Assembly (NCBI RefSeq): GCF_022985615.1
Contig: NZ_CP094965.1
Span: forward strand, 120,001-152,000
Direction: 5' to 3'
Origin: Candidatus Karelsulcia muelleri
GTDB taxonomy: Bacteria > Bacteroidota > Bacteroidia > Flavobacteriales > Blattabacteriaceae
Length of the DNA: 32,000 nt
Shown here: positions 28,256 through 32,000 of the stretch, piece after piece
How positions within the stretch are numbered: the first letter of the stretch is position 1
Layout of the letters: each line of letters starts with the position of its first letter
Translations under genes and position numbers: made by a program
Notes under the pieces: generated by a model
Told to the model about the DNA's origin: nothing
Databases searched by the model: none
Seen by the model: the letters and a program-made list of their open reading frames with translations, nothing else

Positions 28256-29062
28256 ATTTCTCTTTTTATAGGTGAAGAAGAATATCTTATAAAAGAATAT
28301 ATAGAAGAGATAGAGAATCTTTTAAAGAACAGGATTCTAAATATATTATAGAAGTAAAAGAAGAAGATAGAATAACCAATATTTTACACTCTTACTCTAT
28401 TTAAAGAATATAAGTTAATTATTCTTAAAAATTCGTAAGATCTAAATCTAAGCTTAGATAACTTAGAAAAATTACTAAAAAAGACCTCGAAAAGAAATAT
28501 TTTCATTTTTTGTATTAATTTCGTAATTCACTCACGAAATTTATAATTTTATAATTTTATTAAAAAAAACACAAATAACAACATAGAAATTATAAATAAT
28601 AAAAAATTAACTTTTGGTGAAATTTTGTATTTAGTAAAAAGAAAAATAAAAAAAATAGGCTTAAAGATAAATGAAATAACAGTAAAAAAAATGATACAAT
28701 CTGTTGATTCCAATTTATTTATGCTTGAAAATGAGTTAAAAAAAATAAGATTTAATAATATTAATAATATAGCTGACAATTATAATTATAAACTTCTTCA
28801 TAATGAATTTAAAATAATTTTAAAGATGCTTGAAGTCCACCCCCTAACTTTAATCTTAAATAAGATATATAAACTATACTTAGAAAAAGTTATGACTTAT
28901 AATAATAATGAAGAAAAATTTAATAAAATAGCTAATTTAGTTTTTCTGCTAAAAGAAGCAGAGAAAAAAAATAAGAGCTATTTTTTAAAAAAGGAAGAAA
29001 TAATGAAAGAACTAATTTATAAAATATGTCAAATAGAGAAAGAGAAATCTTTGATTGTATAA
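28208..29062 (+). pseudogene. holA: Probable DNA polymerase III delta subunit (holA) remnant
   Basis: N-terminal piece MIMINLTNIKIKEIKQISLFIGEEEYLIKEYIEEIENLL...* (28208-28351); C-terminal piece KKIGLKINEITVKKMIQSVDSNLFMLENELKKIRF (28625-29062 ORF, TTG start); stops between. Confidence 0.6.
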
Positions 29063-29967
29063 TTATAGGAGGTGGTCCAGCAGGATATACGGCAGCCATT
29101 TATTTAGCTCGTGCAGAAATAAAACACCTTCTTTTTACAGGCTTTAAACCAGGTGGACAATTGATATCAACTAATAAAATAGAAAATTATCCTGGTTTTC
29201 CTGATGGGATATCTGGTTACAAATTAATGGAATCTTTTAAAGCCCAAAGCGAAAACTTCGGGACTAAGGTAAAAGATAATAGTGTAGTAAAAATTAATTT
29301 TAATATAATAAAAAATTGGCATGAAATTATCTTAGATAATTCTTTAAAAATAAAAACCAAAACACTAATTATAGCGACTGGAGCTTCTCCTAGATATTTA
29401 AATATTGAGAATGAAAAAAAATTAATTGGAAAGGGTATTTATACATGTGCAAATTGTGATGGCTTTTTTTTTAAAGGGAAAAAAGTAGCAGTAATTGGTG
29501 GAGGGGATAAAGCAGCAGAAGAATCTATTTATTTAGCTAATATTTGTAAAAAAGTATATCTAATAATAAGAGATAAAAAAATGAAAGCTTCAAAAATTAT
29601 GCAAAAAAAAGTTTTAAACATTAAAAATGTTGAAATATTTTATTATCATAAAGTTATAAAAATAATTGGAGAAAAAAAAATAAAAGCGATTTTTTGTAAA
29701 AACAGAAAAAATAATAATAATTACTTATTTAAGGTGGCAGCTCTTTTTTTAGCTATTGGGCAAATTCCAAATAGTCTTATTTGTAAACCAAATCTAAAAT
29801 TAGATAAATCTGGATATATAATTACAAAATATACAATTACTAATATTCCTGGAATATTTGCAGCAGGAGATGTGCAAGACACAAGATATCGACAAGCAAT
29901 CACCTCAGCTGGATCTGGTTGTATGTCTGCAATAGAGGTAGAAAAATACCTTATTAAAGTTCAATAA
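29026..29967 (+). CDS. trxB: Thioredoxin-disulfide reductase
   Basis: CIIIGGGPAGYTAAIYLARA, ENYPGFPDGISG, TCANCDGFFFKGKKVAVIGGGDKAAEES, GIFAAGDVQDTRYRQAITSAGSGCMSA; likely start slightly downstream of 29026. Confidence 0.94.
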   Translation: MSNREREIFDCIIIGGGPAGYTAAIYLARAEIKHLLFTGFKPGGQLISTNKIENYPGFPDGISGYKLMESFKAQSENFGTKVKDNSVVKINFNIIKNWHEIILDNSLKIKTKTLIIATGASPRYLNIENEKKLIGKGIYTCANCDGFFFKGKKVAVIGGGDKAAEESIYLANICKKVYLIIRDKKMKASKIMQKKVLNIKNVEIFYYHKVIKIIGEKKIKAIFCKNRKNNNNYLFKVAALFLAIGQIPNSLICKPNLKLDKSGYIITKYTITNIPGIFAAGDVQDTRYRQAITSAGSGCMSAIEVEKYLIKVQ

Positions 29968-30182
29968 CCAACCTTATTAAAGTTCAATAAAGAATATAAA
30001 AGAAAAAATAAAAGAAAAAATAAATATTAGATACTTTATTAGATACTTAGAAGTTTTCTTTTCTTATCATGGATTAAGTACAAACAAACAAACATAACAA
30101 AGTACAAATAAACAAACAAACATAACATAACATAACATAAGTAAGTAAGTACAAACAAGTAAGTAAAGTACAAACATTATTT

Positions 30183-30250
30183 ACATTTTTAATTCTTTTA
30201 TTATTTACATTTTTAATTCTTTTATTATTTACATTTTTAATTCTTTTTTC
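30183..30250. repeat. 24-bp tandem repeat, about 2.7 copies
   Basis: ACATTTTTAATTCTTTTATTATTT at 30183-30206 and 30207-30230, partial from 30231. Confidence 0.9.
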
Positions 30251-30260
30251 TTTTACAAAT

Positions 30261-30470
30261 AGCAGTTAGCTGCTAATCAGCAGTTAGCTGCTTATCAGCA
30301 GTTAGCAGCAGTTAGTTAGCAGCAGTTAGCTGCTAATCAGCAGTTAGCAGCAGTTAGTTAGCAGCAGTTAGCTGCTAATCAGCAGTTAGTTAGCAATCGT
30401 TAGCTAATGCTAATCAATCAATCAGCAAGCAGTTTGCTAATCAATCAATCAGTTAGTTAGCTAATGCTAA
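30261..30470. repeat. Composite repeat tract (TTAGC/AGCAGTTAGCTGCT family) including a perfect 42-bp tandem repeat
   Basis: 42-bp unit CAGCAGTTAGCAGCAGTTAGTTAGCAGCAGTTAGCTGCTAAT at 30296-30337 and 30338-30379; TGCTAATCAATCAATCAG at 30408-30425 and 30435-30452; GTTAGCTAATGCTAA at 30399-30413 and 30456-30470. Confidence 0.95.
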
Positions 30471-30593
30471 GTTTTAATAAGTATTTCTTAAAAAAGATAT
30501 TTATTATTTTATTATTTATTACTTTTATATTAAAAAAAGTTTTTTAGCGATTATTAATAAATTGTTGTAAACTAGGATCTTTATTAGGACTTA

Positions 30594-30649
30594 CTTACTT
30601 GTGTTTACAGTAACTTGTTTTTACAGTAACTTACTTGTGTTTACAGTAA
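30594..30649. repeat. Short direct repeats CTTACTTGTGTTTACAGTAA / CTTGTTTTTACAGTAA / CTTACTTGTGTTTACAGTAA
   Basis: Direct reading of intergenic sequence. Confidence 0.85.
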
Positions 30650-30908
30650 ATTGCCTTCATTTTATTCCAAAGTATTTTTTTTAAAAGCTATTATTTTAAA
30701 TAAATTCTTAAAAAGATCTCTTTTTTAAATTATTATTTTTTAATTATTAATTATTAGAAAGTTTATTTCTATTTCTTATATAAGAAGAGAAAATATATAG
30801 AAATAATTCTGATAATAAGATAAAATATCAATAAACAATTGTAAATAACATTTTTTGTTTTCTTTATAATATTTTTTTCTTTTTCTTTATCTTTTCGTTT
30901 CATTTATC

Positions 30909-31943
30909 TTATGGTCTTAATTTTCGTATTAATTCTCCAACTTTCCATAATTCACTATTTTTTAATTCCTTTAATTCTTTCTTTAAAATCTCTCTATAAT
31001 TACTTTTACTATTTAATGAAATAGTTCGTTCTGCCTCTTTTCCAGAAGACACGTCTTTATAAAGTTCTCTAAATAAAGAAATATTAGTGTCTCTAAATTT
31101 TTTCCACCAATCTAAAGCACCTCTTTGAGCAGTAGTAGAGCAATTTTCATACATCCAATCCATTCCTTTTTCTGCTATTAAAGGCATAAGACTTTGAGTA
31201 AGCTCTTCTACTGTTTCATTAAAGGCTTCAGAAGGTGAGTGACCATTCTCTCTTAAAACTTGGTATTGTGCTGAAAATAACCCTTGAATAGCTCCCATTA
31301 ATGTTCCTCTTTCACCTGTTAAATCTGAAAACACTTCTTTTTTAAAAGTTGTTTTAAATAAAAAAGCAGAACCTATACCTATACCAATTGCTAAAGCTCT
31401 TTTTTTAGCTTTCCCAGTATAATTTTGATATATTGCATAACTAGAATTTAGTCCTTTTCCTTCTTTAAATAATCTTCTCAAAGATGTTCCTGAACCTTTA
31501 GGTGCAACAAGAAAAATATCAATTTCCTTTGGTGGTAATATTTTCGTTTTTTTATTGAATGTTAATCCAAAACCATGAGAAAAATATAAAGCTTTTCCTG
31601 GGCAAAGAAATTTTTTAATTTTTGGCCAAACCTCAATCTGACCAGCATCAGATAATAAAAACATAATGATACTTCCTTTATCTGCTGCTTCTTCTATTTC
31701 GAATAGAGTTTCATTAGCTATCCATCCATCTTTTAAAGCTTTTTGCCACGATTTTGAATTTTTTCTTTGGCCTACTATTACATTGAACCCATTATCTCTT
31801 AAATTTAATGCTTGACCAGGTCCTTGTACACCATATCCTATCACTGATATTATTTCATTTGATAATATTTTTCTGGCTTTACTTAAACTAAAGTCCTTTT
31901 TAGTTATAATTTCTTCTTCTATTTCTCCAATTTTCAACTTCAT
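30909..31943 (-). CDS. ilvC: Ketol-acid reductoisomerase
   Basis: IGYGVQGPGQALNLRDNGFNVIVGQR, FSHGFGL, VAPKGSGTSLRR, DLTGERGTLMGAIQG, CSTTAQRGALDWW. Confidence 0.95.
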   Translation of the reverse strand: MKLKIGEIEEEIITKKDFSLSKARKILSNEIISVIGYGVQGPGQALNLRDNGFNVIVGQRKNSKSWQKALKDGWIANETLFEIEEAADKGSIIMFLLSDAGQIEVWPKIKKFLCPGKALYFSHGFGLTFNKKTKILPPKEIDIFLVAPKGSGTSLRRLFKEGKGLNSSYAIYQNYTGKAKKRALAIGIGIGSAFLFKTTFKKEVFSDLTGERGTLMGAIQGLFSAQYQVLRENGHSPSEAFNETVEELTQSLMPLIAEKGMDWMYENCSTTAQRGALDWWKKFRDTNISLFRELYKDVSSGKEAERTISLNSKSNYREILKKELKELKNSELWKVGELIRKLRP

Positions 31944-32000
31944 TTATTTAATGCTTTATTTATATTATATAGAATATAATAATAGAATATATAATATAAT

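Noticed and set aside
28549-28779. 76-aa hydrophobic minus-strand ORF
   Set aside because: Antisense to the holA-like segment; hydrophobicity explained by complement of AT-rich Lys codons.
29462-29480. TrxB active site CANC instead of CATC as a novel redox enzyme
   Set aside because: Both cysteines and FAD/NADPH motifs are kept; a single middle-residue change is weak evidence for altered function.
29721-29903. 60-aa minus-strand ORF inside trxB
   Set aside because: Antisense shadow ORF.
30261-30470. Possible CRISPR array
   Set aside because: Repeats are directly tandem and nested without unique spacers of constant length, and no cas genes are present.

Overview
AT-rich, gene-dense chromosomal window. 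Gene content, protein sequences and gene order point to a strongly reduced Bacteroidota/Flavobacteriales-type obligate endosymbiont; genus not assignable without a database search. Most of the window is the str/S10/spc/alpha ribosomal superoperon (rpsL-rpsG-fusA-rpsJ ... rpoA-rplQ), followed by rsmH and an RNase P RNA. Flanking genes include infB (3' end), rpsT, rpsP, rpoD, pnp, rpsO (short), rpmE2, tsaD, mutL, lysS, pdhA, aceF-like E2, an HsdR-N-domain protein, trxB and ilvC, plus tRNA-Glu, tRNA-Gln and tRNA-Arg. I see no convincing new defence or mobile system. The unusual content is active decay and small-scale duplication: a disrupted infA in its native locus; a doubly truncated pdhB remnant while pdhA and E2 are intact; a probable holA remnant; a truncated rpsO; missing rpmC, rpmD and secY from their expected slots; a degenerate alpha-CTD in RpoA; a MutL lacking its endonuclease motif and carrying a five-copy 15-bp minisatellite; a tandemly repeated 5' end of rnpB; a duplicated 3' end of tRNA-Arg; several short in-frame tandem duplications; and a repeat-filled intergenic region between trxB and ilvC. 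All homology calls are by eye from remembered family sequences.
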